This document shows positions 11,784 through 21,711 of a stretch of 64,000 nucleotides of DNA, piece after piece. A model generated the notes under the pieces. The model saw nothing but the letters and a program-made list of their open reading frames with translations. It was not told the DNA's origin and did not search any database. The DNA comes from an uncultured Acidobacteriota bacterium (GTDB taxonomy: Bacteria; Acidobacteriota; Terriglobia; UBA7540). Where the stretch lies: positions 608,001-672,000 of the forward strand of contig CAWDSK010000006.1 of assembly GCA_963804995.1 (NCBI GenBank), given 5' to 3'. Within the stretch, counting starts at the first letter, position 1, and each line of letters opens with the position of its first letter. The translations under genes and the position numbers were made by a program.

Positions 11784-12683
11784 TTAGAGTCCGCTACCGG
11801 TCCGCTCGGTTGCGCGTGATATCCAGACGGCAATGCCCCAAACTAACAGGCCGGCGATGAAACCTTCCACGACTGACCCCACAAGCGCCCCAAGGAGCCG
11901 GTTGGCAACATGCCCTTGGGAGGGATCAAAAAAGTGGGTCTTATAGAACGGTACGAGAGCGCCAAAGACTGTAGCCAGATATACCCAAAAGCGCCACGTC
12001 CATCCCAACCCCAGGGAGGGAAGCAGAAACTCGCGCGCCGATTTCAATCCCAACAGGGGTCCGATGCCACCTATGTAAAGACCGCTCAAAAGAACCAGAA
12101 CGGTCGAACTCCAAGCGGCCGTACGCCAAGCTTCCACTCCCATGGCTTCTGTCCAATAGCGCATGATCACGAATACGCCGAGCATGACACCAGGAGCGAC
12201 CGTTACCGGCCATCGCCACAGAAAATGGACGACTGTCATCAGCAAGAGTATCACCACGAAGAGCACCGCTGTTTCGACTACATGGCCAACCAGGTGCCGC
12301 CCCAGATGCGCCCAATTGCCGAAGTCTTCCTTCTCGGCGAAGTGGCTGCGCCCCAAATGAAAGACCGCGGAAATAACCGTGGCCACGATGACCCAGGCCA
12401 CAGTCCAAGCGGAAAGGAGCAAAGCCGGCAGCAAGAGCTGGGAGAATTTCTGCATGCCGCCGCGCAGGGGAGCCAGTGCGGCGACGTAGAGCGCCACAAA
12501 GAGTAATCCCACCGTGCTCGAAATGTAACGCGCCATGTCGTGGGGCAGGCCGGCAACTTCCATGACGAATCGAGCGACGACCAACACAGCCAGGAAGGCC
12601 ATCGCGCCACGCAACAAATGTGAATAGGTTGTCCTTGCACCAGCGGGAGATTCAGGGGACATGATCACCTCCGTTTTATTCAT
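11784..12683 (-). CDS. Hypothetical polytopic membrane protein with internal duplication
   Basis: About 8 hydrophobic segments; two halves share RxxxExxG, SSTV, LLP, AT and [ST]HF. Confidence 0.75.
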   Translation of the reverse strand: MNKTEVIMSPESPAGARTTYSHLLRGAMAFLAVLVVARFVMEVAGLPHDMARYISSTVGLLFVALYVAALAPLRGGMQKFSQLLLPALLLSAWTVAWVIVATVISAVFHLGRSHFAEKEDFGNWAHLGRHLVGHVVETAVLFVVILLLMTVVHFLWRWPVTVAPGVMLGVFVIMRYWTEAMGVEAWRTAAWSSTVLVLLSGLYIGGIGPLLGLKSAREFLLPSLGLGWTWRFWVYLATVFGALVPFYKTHFFDPSQGHVANRLLGALVGSVVEGFIAGLLVWGIAVWISRATERTGSGL

Positions 12684-12693
12684 GACTCCACGA

Positions 12694-14403
12694 TTAATTC
12701 TTCGCCTCCGGGACTCGCTTCAACATCTCTTCCCGCTTCGCCTTGAACTCCGAACCGGCTTTCCACGTGGGGTAAGTTTTCGCATTGGCGACGCGATAGC
12801 CGACCTCCCCGAGAAGTTGCAGGTCCTCGACCGCGCCACTAAGATCCCAGTCGGGCTTTATCTTATCCGAAGGTTTGTGGTAGTCCTGCGTGGTGAACTT
12901 TTCCCTCATTTGGAGGCCCCACCCCGCGGGCTTGCCGAGGTAATCCACGCCGCTTCCGCGATCGAGCGCAGGCACGCCTTGCTTGGCGAAACTGAAATGG
13001 TCCGAGCGGTAGTAGAAGCCCTTCTCCGGCTCGGCGTCCGGCTTCACCACTCTTCCCTGCTCCGTCGCGACGGCCACGACCAGATCATCCAGCGTGGACT
13101 GCCCGAGGCCGATGACCTCAATATCCTTCGTCCGCCCGAGCATGTTCAGGGCATCCATATTGATCTCCGCCAGCGTCTTCGTAAGCGGATAGAGAGGATG
13201 CTCCGCGTAGTACTGCGAGCCCAGCAGGCCCTGCTCCTCAGCGGTCACCGACAGAAACAGGATCGAACGGCGCGGAGGCGGCTGGATATGCGTGAAGGCC
13301 CGGGCAAGTTCCAGCAGGCCCGCCACACCCGAAGCATTGTCCACGGCCCCGTGATAGATCTTGTCGCCATTCACTTCCGGACCAATCCCCAAGTGATCCC
13401 AGTGCGCGGTATAGATGACGTATTCATCCCGATGCTCGGGGTCCGCGCCCTCAACTTTGGCCACCACGTTCTTCGACTCGATGGTGCGGACCGTGTTCTT
13501 GAGCGCGAGCGACGCCTTGATGCCCAGGTCCACGGGCCGGAAATCGCGACTGACGGCAGCTTTCTCAAGCGCATCGAAATTCTTGCCCGCCATCGCGAAG
13601 AGTTCCTTGGCCCGGTCGTAAGTCATCCAACCTTCCACGGCGCTGCGCGACATGCCCTGGTCACTTGTCAGCAGGCTAAACTGTTCGCCGGAATTACTAT
13701 TCTTGACAACCCCCCACGGGTAACCCGCCGGAGCTGTCTGGTGAACGATCAGGCAGCCCGCCACGCCCTTCGCAGCCGCAATCTCAAATTTATAGGTCCA
13801 GCGGCCGTAGTAGGTCATGGCCTTGCCCTTGAAGGTCTTCTCGTCAAGCTTGGAAGGGTCCGCGGGGTCTGGCACAGGCGGGTCATTAATCAGCATCACC
13901 AAAACCTTGCCCTTCACGTCCACACCCTTGTAATCATCCCACTTGTACTCCGGTGCGACAATCCCGTAGCCAACAAAAACCAGGTCGGCGTCGATGCTGA
14001 CGGCGGGCTTAACGCGTTTGGTCCAGGCCACGAAGTCGTCGGCGTACTTGAGGGTCAACTGCTTTCCGTGCACGGTATCGGCAAACACCAACTGCGCGCT
14101 TGGGTCAGCCGCAATTCCCACCAGGGGGACGTTTTGAAAGTACGTACCCTCCGGGTTGCCGGGCTTCAAACCCAATTCCTTGAATCGCCCTGCGATGAAG
14201 TGCGTCGAAAGTTCCTCACCCTTGGAAGCTGGTGCGCGCCCCTGGTATTCGTCCGAAGAAAGAACTTTGATGTTATCCAGCATCCTCTGGGCGCTGATTT
14301 CGTTCCAGGCGGACTGCCCCGAAAGGTTGGTCATGGCAAAAAGGAATCCCAAAGCGAGTGGCGCCCCGACGGCCATGTAAAAGAGGTGCTTCACTAATTC
14401 CAT
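12694..14403 (-). CDS. M28 family metallopeptidase with PA domain
   Basis: [45 protein letters not shown]; start codon uncertain. Confidence 0.92.
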   Translation of the reverse strand: MELVKHLFYMAVGAPLALGFLFAMTNLSGQSAWNEISAQRMLDNIKVLSSDEYQGRAPASKGEELSTHFIAGRFKELGLKPGNPEGTYFQNVPLVGIAADPSAQLVFADTVHGKQLTLKYADDFVAWTKRVKPAVSIDADLVFVGYGIVAPEYKWDDYKGVDVKGKVLVMLINDPPVPDPADPSKLDEKTFKGKAMTYYGRWTYKFEIAAAKGVAGCLIVHQTAPAGYPWGVVKNSNSGEQFSLLTSDQGMSRSAVEGWMTYDRAKELFAMAGKNFDALEKAAVSRDFRPVDLGIKASLALKNTVRTIESKNVVAKVEGADPEHRDEYVIYTAHWDHLGIGPEVNGDKIYHGAVDNASGVAGLLELARAFTHIQPPPRRSILFLSVTAEEQGLLGSQYYAEHPLYPLTKTLAEINMDALNMLGRTKDIEVIGLGQSTLDDLVVAVATEQGRVVKPDAEPEKGFYYRSDHFSFAKQGVPALDRGSGVDYLGKPAGWGLQMREKFTTQDYHKPSDKIKPDWDLSGAVEDLQLLGEVGYRVANAKTYPTWKAGSEFKAKREEMLKRVPEAKN

Positions 14404-14645
14404 GTTGTGACTCCCCCGATCTGTGTTGGCGTGAATCCTACTCGAACGTGGGCTACCTTTCAATACGGAGTGTAGATTCCCTCTTGATAGTCAAATCCTG
14501 GCCTGTCAAGCTGGCGAACGCAGATTGGCTTGCGGCGCAGGGTGCCACCATGGTGCGACGCGTTATTGACAGGGTGATTGGCGTGTGCGAAAATTCAACG
14601 TTTTGGAGTGGGACTCTTAGGCATTCCCGTCATCACCTGAGGCCA

Positions 14646-15401
14646 ATGACCGACGAAAAACAGGGGCCGCCACCGGCGGCCGAAGGGGCCGGGACCCCTG
14701 CTCAAAAGACTGCCGCGGAGGGCGGCGGGGCAAGTCCTCAAGCCAAGCCCGAGGCCGCCGCGCCTGCCAAGCCTGTGGCTCCGGCGGGCACGGCTGGTGA
14801 AATGTCCGCACCTCCCAAAGCGCCGGCGGCTGTGCCTGCCAAACCCGCCGCCGCGACTCCGGCCAAGCCCCCAGCGGCAAAAGCTCCCGTCAAACCTGAG
14901 CCCTGGTCGAACCCGCTTCTGGATACTCTGCAGAAGAAGTTCCCTGGTGCGATCAGTGAAGCCGTGATCTTCCGCAACCAGCCCTCGCTGAACGTGGCCA
15001 AAGACCACCTGGTCGCGATGTGCCAATTCCTGAAAGGCTCCGAGGGCGGCGGTTACACTATGCTGACTGATGAAACGGCAGCCGACTACCCCAAGCGCGA
15101 GAAGCGATTCAACGTCGTTTATCATCTTTATTCCTTCGAGAGGAATGACCGTTTACGGCTGCGCGTGCAAGTGGGTGAGGGAGAGAAAGTACCGTCGGTC
15201 ACGGGCGTCTGGGTGACGGCGAACTGGCTCGAGCGCGAAATCTATGACATGTTCGGGGTGGAGTACGAAGGCCACCCGGATTTGAAGCGCATCCTGATGC
15301 CGGACGAATGGGTGGGGCACCCGCTGCGCAAGGATTATGACATCCTCAAACAGGACGAAGCTTGGGTGAAGAACAACCTCGGGATCGAGAGCGCACAGTA
15401 A
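14646..15401 (+). CDS. nuoC: NADH-quinone oxidoreductase subunit C (cluster 1) with Ala/Pro/Lys-rich N-terminal extension
   Basis: [31 protein letters not shown]. Confidence 0.95.
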   Translation: MTDEKQGPPPAAEGAGTPAQKTAAEGGGASPQAKPEAAAPAKPVAPAGTAGEMSAPPKAPAAVPAKPAAATPAKPPAAKAPVKPEPWSNPLLDTLQKKFPGAISEAVIFRNQPSLNVAKDHLVAMCQFLKGSEGGGYTMLTDETAADYPKREKRFNVVYHLYSFERNDRLRLRVQVGEGEKVPSVTGVWVTANWLEREIYDMFGVEYEGHPDLKRILMPDEWVGHPLRKDYDILKQDEAWVKNNLGIESAQ

Positions 15402-15404
15402 ACC

Positions 15405-16517
15405 ATGACGGAAGCCACTTTCCTCAACGCCAATGAGCTGGTCATCAACATGGGGCCGCAGCATCCCGCCACCCACGGAGTGCTGCGCATCAAGTTGAAG
15501 CTCAACGGCGAGCGCGTAATCGGCACGGAGTGCATCATCGGCTACCTGCATCGCGGGGTCGAAAAGATTGCCGAGAACCGCACCTATGCACAATTCGCTC
15601 CCTACGTGGACCGCATGGATTATTGCGCCGCCGTGACCAACGGCATGGGATATGTGGAAGCGGTGGAAAAGCTGCTGGGCGTGGAGATTCCTCCCCGGGC
15701 GCAATACACGCGGATGATACTGGCCGAATTGCAGCGCATTGCCAGCCACCTGCTCTGGCTGGGCACGCACGCGCTCAACCTCGGCGCCATGACCCCGGTC
15801 TTCTACACCTTCCGCGAGCGCGAGGAAGTCCTGAAGATCTTCGAGAAGTATTGCGGAGCCCGCCTCACCACTCACGCCTTTCGCATCGGGGGACTGCAAT
15901 ACGACCTCTACGACGGGTTTGAGAAGGATACGATAAAGTTCTGCGATTATTTCATGCCCAAGATTGATGAGTACGGGCAGTTGCTCACCAAGAATCGTAT
16001 CTGGATTAACCGGACGCGCAAGGTGGGCGTGATCTCAGGAGAAGACGCCATCGCCTACGGGGTTACGGGGCCCGTGCTGCGCGGCTCCGGCGTGAAGTGG
16101 GATATTCGCAAAGCTCAACCCTACGAAGCCTACGACAAGGTAGAGTTTGATGTTCCCATCGGCGAGTTTGGCGACACCTACGACCGGTACATGGTACGTA
16201 TGGAGGAAATGCGCCAGTCCGTCCGCATCACGCGGCAGTGCGTGGAGCGCCTGGCGCCCGGGCCCATCTTTGGAAAAGTTGGCAAGGTCATCAAGCCGCC
16301 GGTTGGCGAGGTCTATCATTCCATCGAGGCGCCCAAAGGTGAGCTGGGCTATTACGTGGTCAGCGACGGGACCGTGAATCCCTATCGCGTGCGCGTGCGG
16401 CCGCCCTCGCTCATCAACCTGCAGGCATTTGACAAGATGGCCCAAGGTCATCTGGTGGCCGATATCGTGGCCATCGTGGGCACGCTCAACATCGTGCTCG
16501 GCGAAGTGGACCGGTAA
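15405..16517 (+). CDS. nuoD: NADH-quinone oxidoreductase subunit D (cluster 1)
   Basis: [42 protein letters not shown]. Confidence 0.97.
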   Translation: MTEATFLNANELVINMGPQHPATHGVLRIKLKLNGERVIGTECIIGYLHRGVEKIAENRTYAQFAPYVDRMDYCAAVTNGMGYVEAVEKLLGVEIPPRAQYTRMILAELQRIASHLLWLGTHALNLGAMTPVFYTFREREEVLKIFEKYCGARLTTHAFRIGGLQYDLYDGFEKDTIKFCDYFMPKIDEYGQLLTKNRIWINRTRKVGVISGEDAIAYGVTGPVLRGSGVKWDIRKAQPYEAYDKVEFDVPIGEFGDTYDRYMVRMEEMRQSVRITRQCVERLAPGPIFGKVGKVIKPPVGEVYHSIEAPKGELGYYVVSDGTVNPYRVRVRPPSLINLQAFDKMAQGHLVADIVAIVGTLNIVLGEVDR

Positions 16518-16519
16518 GG

Positions 16520-16663
16520 AAAGGGTAAAGGGTGAAGAAAGGTTAAAGTGTAAAGGGTAAAGGATAAAGGGTAAAGGATAAAGGGTAAAGGATAAAGGGT
16601 AAAGGATAAAGGGTAAAGGATAAAGGGTAAAGGATAAAGGATAAAGGGTAAAGGATAAAGGGT
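16520..16663 (+). repeat. Heptamer tandem array (TAAAGGR)16 plus degenerate units
   Basis: 16 consecutive TAAAGGG/TAAAGGA units 16551-16662; complementary degenerate units follow at 16680-16710. Confidence 0.95.
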
Positions 16664-16717
16664 ACTGCGCCGGCTTAAGTTTCAGCCTTTACCCTTTACA
16701 CTTTAAACTTAGGAAAC

Positions 16718-17932
16718 ATGCTAGAAAGCACACAAAATTTCCTCGTTGCCAATCCGTTGCTTCTCGCCCTCATCAAGATCCTTATTGTTTTCGGGGTGAT
16801 TTCCGGAATTGTTGCCTATTTGGTTTACATGGAGCGCAAAGTTCTGGCGTTTATGCAGGCGCGCCTGGGCCCCATGCGCGTGGGCCCCTGGGGATTGCTG
16901 CAACCGGTGGCCGACGGATTGAAGCTGCTGTTGAAGGAAGACATCATTCCCGCCGGCGCCGACAAATGGGTGTTCCTGTTGTCGCCCGCCATCAGCGTCG
17001 CTGCGGCCTTCACAGTATTTGCCGCCATTCCCTTCGCGGGAAATTTCTACATTACCGACATCAATATTGGCCTGCTTTTTATTCTGGCGGTCTCCTCACT
17101 CGGCATCTACGGAATCATTCTGGGCGGCTGGTCGTCGAACAGTCATTATCCTCTGCTGGGTGCGCTGCGCTCCTCCGCGCAACTGGTCAGTTATGAGGTT
17201 GCGGCGGGAATGGCGCTGGTGGGGGTGCTGCTGATTTCGAACTCCCTCAGCATGGTGGATATTGTAAATCGGCAACTCAGCATGGGCGTTTGGAACGTGT
17301 TTCTGCAGCCGCTGGCCTTCATGATTTACCTCATCGCGGCTGTGGCTGAAACCAATCGTAATCCCTTTGACTTGCCCGAGGCCGAGTCGGAGCTGACGGC
17401 GGGTTTCCATACGGAATACAGCGGCTTCCGCTTCGCGCTTTACTTCATGGCGGAATACACGAACATGGTGGTGGTGTCGTGCGTCGCAGTGACGCTTTTC
17501 CTGGGGGGATGGCTGCGGCCCTTTGCCGGCGTTACCGCCCTGGATTTCCTGAAGTTCACACCCATCCTGGCTTTCCTGGGCGCGGGCGCGTTTGTGCTGT
17601 GGCTGGGGCTGAAGAGTTCGGTCCAGCTTGAACGCTATTTCTTCATAGTCCTGACCGCGGGTTTCGTGGTGCTGGCGATTCTGGTGGCTTACCCGCCGGT
17701 GCTGAATGCCATTCAGGGCATTTTCTGGTTTGGCGCGAAAGTTCTGACGTTCCTTTACGCCTTCATCTGGTATCGTGCAACTTTCCCGCGTTACCGCTAT
17801 GACCAGTTAATGAACGTGGGTTGGCGGTGGATGATCCCCTTGGCCATCGCGAATCTGATTGTGACTGCGGTGGTTCGGTATCTTATGAGCTCGCACGTTG
17901 CGGCGACGCCGCTGGCGTGGCTGGGTAGGTGA
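16718..17932 (+). CDS. nuoH: NADH-quinone oxidoreductase subunit H (cluster 1)
   Basis: ERKVLAFMQARLGP, QPVADGLKL, AETNRNPFDLPEAESEL, PRYRYDQLM. Confidence 0.97.
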   Translation: MLESTQNFLVANPLLLALIKILIVFGVISGIVAYLVYMERKVLAFMQARLGPMRVGPWGLLQPVADGLKLLLKEDIIPAGADKWVFLLSPAISVAAAFTVFAAIPFAGNFYITDINIGLLFILAVSSLGIYGIILGGWSSNSHYPLLGALRSSAQLVSYEVAAGMALVGVLLISNSLSMVDIVNRQLSMGVWNVFLQPLAFMIYLIAAVAETNRNPFDLPEAESELTAGFHTEYSGFRFALYFMAEYTNMVVVSCVAVTLFLGGWLRPFAGVTALDFLKFTPILAFLGAGAFVLWLGLKSSVQLERYFFIVLTAGFVVLAILVAYPPVLNAIQGIFWFGAKVLTFLYAFIWYRATFPRYRYDQLMNVGWRWMIPLAIANLIVTAVVRYLMSSHVAATPLAWLGR

Positions 17933-18393
17933 GGATGGATTGGAAGGATTTTCTGCGGCGGATATTCCTGGTGGACCTGATCAAAGGTCTGCGGCTGACG
18001 TTTTCCTATCAGCGACCGGACGCAACTTACACGGAGCAGTATCCGCTGGAGCGGCCGCCCGTGGCGGAGCGTTATCGCGGCGCGCCGCGGCTAAACAACC
18101 ATCCGGAATCCGGCGAGACATTGTGCATCGCCTGCAACTTGTGCTCCATCGCCTGCCCGGAGAATTTGATTGTGGTGGGCTGGGCGCGCACGGAGGATCG
18201 CAAGAAGCGGTTGACGACTTTCACCTACGATCTTTCACGCTGCATGTTTTGCGGGCTGTGTGAGGACGCTTGCCCGGTGGATGCGCTGGAACTGACCCAG
18301 GATTTTGAGATCACCAACTACACGCGGGAAGGCATGATCTGGGACCGGCAGGCGCTCGAAGAAGGGCCCCAACCGGCGCGCTATACGCGCTAG
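17929..18393 (+). CDS. nuoI: NADH-quinone oxidoreductase subunit I
   Basis: Two CxxCxxCxxxCP motifs (CIACNLCSIACP, CMFCGLCEDACP). Confidence 0.95.
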   Translation: MRMDWKDFLRRIFLVDLIKGLRLTFSYQRPDATYTEQYPLERPPVAERYRGAPRLNNHPESGETLCIACNLCSIACPENLIVVGWARTEDRKKRLTTFTYDLSRCMFCGLCEDACPVDALELTQDFEITNYTREGMIWDRQALEEGPQPARYTR

Positions 18394-18600
18394 TGTGGTG
18401 TCCCGCGTTAGAGTTGACAAGGGGTAGAACCCCCTCACCCGTCTGGCCTCGGCTGATGAGAACGCCTCGGCCAGCCACCCTCTCCCCCAAAGGGGCGAGG
18501 GTAAGAAAATTAACTCTCCCCTCGCCCCTTTGGGGGAGAGGGGCTGGGGGGTGAGGGGGTCAAACAGCCTTGTCAAATATTAACCGGGACACCACACTAG
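18390..18600. mobile_element. 211-bp MITE-like element bounded by CTAG, with family B internal palindromes
   Basis: Perfect 16-bp terminal inverted repeat ctagtgtggtgtcccg/cgggacaccacactag extending imperfectly to ttgacaagg; second left end at 6695. Confidence 0.75.
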
Positions 18601-18628
18601 GGAAAGAGACCGAGTCATAGGTTTTTCT

Positions 18629-19138
18629 ATGCTGGAGCTCATCACGTTCGCGATTCTCTCGGCGGTGACGCTGGCTTCAGCCATCATGGTGATTACCCGC
18701 CGCAATGCCATTCACAGCGTGATTTGGCTGGTCGTGACGCTTTTTGGGGTGGGCGGGGTTTACCTGTTGCAACACGCTGAGTTCCTTTTTGCCGTGCAGG
18801 TTATCATTTACGTCAGTGGAATCATGGTGCTGTTTCTCTTTGTGGTCATGCTGGTCAACATCGACGTGGCCTTAACGCAAGCGCGCTTTGCGCGGCAGTG
18901 GCAGGTGGCGTTGCTGACCGCGGTTATCGTGCTTGCGGAGCTCGGCTATGCGCTTTACAACCACGGCCAGGGCCTCCATTTGCCCGCGCGCCCCATGGTT
19001 CCTGCTCCCGTCGGAAATACCCAGGCGGTGGGGATGGCGCTTTACCAGAATTACATGCTGCCCGTGGAGATTGCCTCGATTCTATTACTGGTCGCCATGG
19101 TGGGGGCCGTGATCATGGCCAAGAGGAAGTTGGAATGA
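18629..19138 (+). CDS. nuoJ: NADH-quinone oxidoreductase subunit J (cluster 1)
   Basis: AEFLFAVQVIIY, IMVLFLFVVML, PVEIASILLLVAMVGA. Confidence 0.95.
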   Translation: MLELITFAILSAVTLASAIMVITRRNAIHSVIWLVVTLFGVGGVYLLQHAEFLFAVQVIIYVSGIMVLFLFVVMLVNIDVALTQARFARQWQVALLTAVIVLAELGYALYNHGQGLHLPARPMVPAPVGNTQAVGMALYQNYMLPVEIASILLLVAMVGAVIMAKRKLE

Positions 19139-19437
19139 TTCCCACGGAATATTACCTTTTTCTCGGAAGCGGCTTGTTCACCATCGGGGTCATTGGTGTG
19201 CTCACGCGGCGCAACGTTTTGATTATCCTGATGTCGATCGAGCTGATTCTAAATGCCGTCAATATCAACCTGATAGCCTTGTCACAATACTTCCGTTCTG
19301 TCGATGGCCAGGTGTTCGCGATCTTCGTTATTACCGACGCTGCGGCGGAAGCGGCTGTCGGCCTGGGCTTGATCATCGCGTTCTTCCGTAATAAGGAGAC
19401 CGTCAACGCGGATCAAATCGACTTGCTGAAGTGGTGA
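19135..19437 (+). CDS. nuoK: NADH-quinone oxidoreductase subunit K (cluster 1)
   Basis: [20 protein letters not shown]. Confidence 0.95.
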   Translation: MIPTEYYLFLGSGLFTIGVIGVLTRRNVLIILMSIELILNAVNINLIALSQYFRSVDGQVFAIFVITDAAAEAAVGLGLIIAFFRNKETVNADQIDLLKW

Positions 19438-19556
19438 AAACATTGATGATTCAGACTGAGGCCACCACCGGACATCCGGTAAGGGTGGCGGACGTAGGCT
19501 AAGAGGAATAAGAAGGATGAAAGAGGGTTGGTAAAGGCAAGGCGCGAGCCAGGTTT

Positions 19557-19621
19557 TTTTAGCCTTTAACCTTTACACTTTAAACTTTTTTACCCTTTAC
19601 CCTTTAGCCTTTAACCTTTAG
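19557..19621. repeat. Heptamer tract (CCTTTAA/CCTTTAC type), complementary to the 16.5-kb array
   Basis: gcctttaacctttacactttaaactttttaccctttaccctttagcctttaacctttag directly before the nuoL start. Confidence 0.85.
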
Positions 19622-19626
19622 ATGCC

Positions 19627-21660
19627 ATGCTAGACTACATTTGGTTAATCCCGATCTTCCCCGTGCTGGGAGCGGCTATCCAGCTCTTGTTCGGGCGCCG
19701 GCTTTCGAACCGGGCAGTCTCTGCGGTTTCCGTGGGGTTGCCGGGCCTGTCGTTTTTATGGGCCCTGGGTTGCTTCATTCAATTTCTGGGATTGCCGGAG
19801 TCCTCCCACCACGTTTTCCTTCGGCCTTTGTACACCTGGCTGCCCGCCGGGGCGTTCCATCTGGCGAATGGGTCACTCGGAAATCTCAACGTCAACGTGG
19901 GCATGCAGCTCAACCCGCTCTCCTGCGTCATGATGCTGGTGGTGACCGGTGTGGGTTTCCTGATTCACGTTTATTCCATTGGCTACATGGCGCATGAAGG
20001 CGGGTATTACCGTTTTTTTGGTTACCTCAACCTCTTCATGTTCTCCATGCTGGTCCTGGTGCTGGCTGACAATTACCTGATGATGTTTGTGGGCTGGGAA
20101 GGCGTGGGGCTCTGCTCCTATCTCCTGATCGGATTCTATTTCCTGCGCAAGTCTGCGTCGGATGCCGGCAAGAAGGCTTTCATTGTTAATCGCATCGGCG
20201 ATGCGGCGTTCCTGTTGGGTGTGATGCTCATGGTCGTGACCTTCGGGACGCTGGCCTTTCAGCCCATCACGGAAGCCGCCCGCAGTGGCCGTTTCCCAGT
20301 GGGCGACGGCGTGATTACCGCCATCTGCATTCTGCTCTTCATTGGCGCCACGGGAAAATCAGCGCAGATTCCCCTCTACATTTGGTTGCCGGATGCAATG
20401 GAGGGCCCCACTCCGGTCAGCGCCTTGATTCACGCCGCCACCATGGTAACCGCGGGCATTTATATGGTGGCGCGGTCGAACGCGCTCTTCTCCCTGGCGC
20501 CTATGGCGCTGGCGGTGGTGGCGGCGATTGGCGTGGCCACGGCGATCTGGGCGGCTTCGATTGGCCTCGTGCAAAACGACATCAAGCGCGTGCTGGCCTA
20601 TTCGACGGTCAGCCAGTTGGGTTACATGTTTCTGGCGTGCGGCGTGGGGGCGTTCGGGGCCGGTGTTTTCCACTTGATGACGCACGCTTTCTTCAAGGCT
20701 CTGCTGTTCCTCGCTTCCGGCAGCGTGATTCACGCCCTGAGCGGCGAGCAGGACATGCGCAAAATGGGAGCCCTGAAGAACAAGATTCCCACCACGTACT
20801 GGACCATGGCAGTGGCGGCGCTGGCAATTTCTGGAATACCGCCGCTCGCGGGGTTCGTCAGCAAGGACGAGATTCTGTGGCAATCCTTTGCGGGTCCGTA
20901 CGGGCACACGCTGCTCTGGGCCGTAGGCTGGATTACTGCAGGGCTGACGGCGTTCTATATGTTCCGGCTGATTTTCATGACCTTTTGGGGTGAGTCGCGC
21001 GTGCCCCATGACATAGAACATCACATTCACGAATCTCCCCAGCCCATGCTCATTCCCCTGGTAACCCTGGCGGTCCTCTCGATCGTAGGCGGATTTATCG
21101 GCTGGCCAAAGGCTTTGTGGGGCGGCGAATGGTTTGGAAGGTTTCTGGAGCCGGTCTTCGAGGGCAACCCCCCTGTGCCCATGCATGAAGCCGCGCAAGG
21201 AATGGAATATTTCCTGATGCTGCTCTCGGTGGCGACAGCGGCCGCGGGCATTTACGTTGCCTATCGAATGTATGTGCAGCAGCCGGCGCTTTCCGATCGC
21301 GTATCTTCCGCGTTTGCGGGTCTGCACCGGGTTTTGCTCCACAAATATTATGTCGATGAAATCTATGACGCCCTCTTCGTAAACCGGGTTAAAGATCTGG
21401 GCAGTGCCCTGGCGGCATTTGACCTGGGCGTGGTGGATGGCGGCGTCAACCTCGTGGGCTGGTTCACGCGCGTGACGGCGGAACTATCGCGCTTGTGGGA
21501 CACCTGGGTCATCGACGGCCTGGTCAACGTCATGGCATTCACTGTGAAACTGCTGAGTTATCCGGCCAAGATCTTGCAGACCGGTTTGGTGCAGACTTAT
21601 GCATGGTTTATTACACTCGGTGTTTTGATTTTTATGACTTACTACTTGATGCATTTCTAA
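19627..21660 (+). CDS. nuoL: NADH-quinone oxidoreductase subunit L (cluster 1)
   Basis: GWEGVGLCSYLLIGF, GKSAQIPL, WLPDAMEGPTPVSALIHAATMV. Confidence 0.97.
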   Translation: MLDYIWLIPIFPVLGAAIQLLFGRRLSNRAVSAVSVGLPGLSFLWALGCFIQFLGLPESSHHVFLRPLYTWLPAGAFHLANGSLGNLNVNVGMQLNPLSCVMMLVVTGVGFLIHVYSIGYMAHEGGYYRFFGYLNLFMFSMLVLVLADNYLMMFVGWEGVGLCSYLLIGFYFLRKSASDAGKKAFIVNRIGDAAFLLGVMLMVVTFGTLAFQPITEAARSGRFPVGDGVITAICILLFIGATGKSAQIPLYIWLPDAMEGPTPVSALIHAATMVTAGIYMVARSNALFSLAPMALAVVAAIGVATAIWAASIGLVQNDIKRVLAYSTVSQLGYMFLACGVGAFGAGVFHLMTHAFFKALLFLASGSVIHALSGEQDMRKMGALKNKIPTTYWTMAVAALAISGIPPLAGFVSKDEILWQSFAGPYGHTLLWAVGWITAGLTAFYMFRLIFMTFWGESRVPHDIEHHIHESPQPMLIPLVTLAVLSIVGGFIGWPKALWGGEWFGRFLEPVFEGNPPVPMHEAAQGMEYFLMLLSVATAAAGIYVAYRMYVQQPALSDRVSSAFAGLHRVLLHKYYVDEIYDALFVNRVKDLGSALAAFDLGVVDGGVNLVGWFTRVTAELSRLWDTWVIDGLVNVMAFTVKLLSYPAKILQTGLVQTYAWFITLGVLIFMTYYLMHF

Positions 21661-21711
21661 GGAGCGTTGGTAAGCGAATCTTTGAACTGAACTGCTTTCC
21701 CGAGGTTGACG

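Noticed and set aside
12661..14397. 578-aa plus-strand ORF
   Set aside because: Antisense shadow of the M28 peptidase; no motifs; such shadows are common in GC-rich DNA
16520..16663. CRISPR array or telomere-like repeat
   Set aside because: No spacers and no cas genes; the unit TAAAGGR is a simple heptamer in an operon spacer
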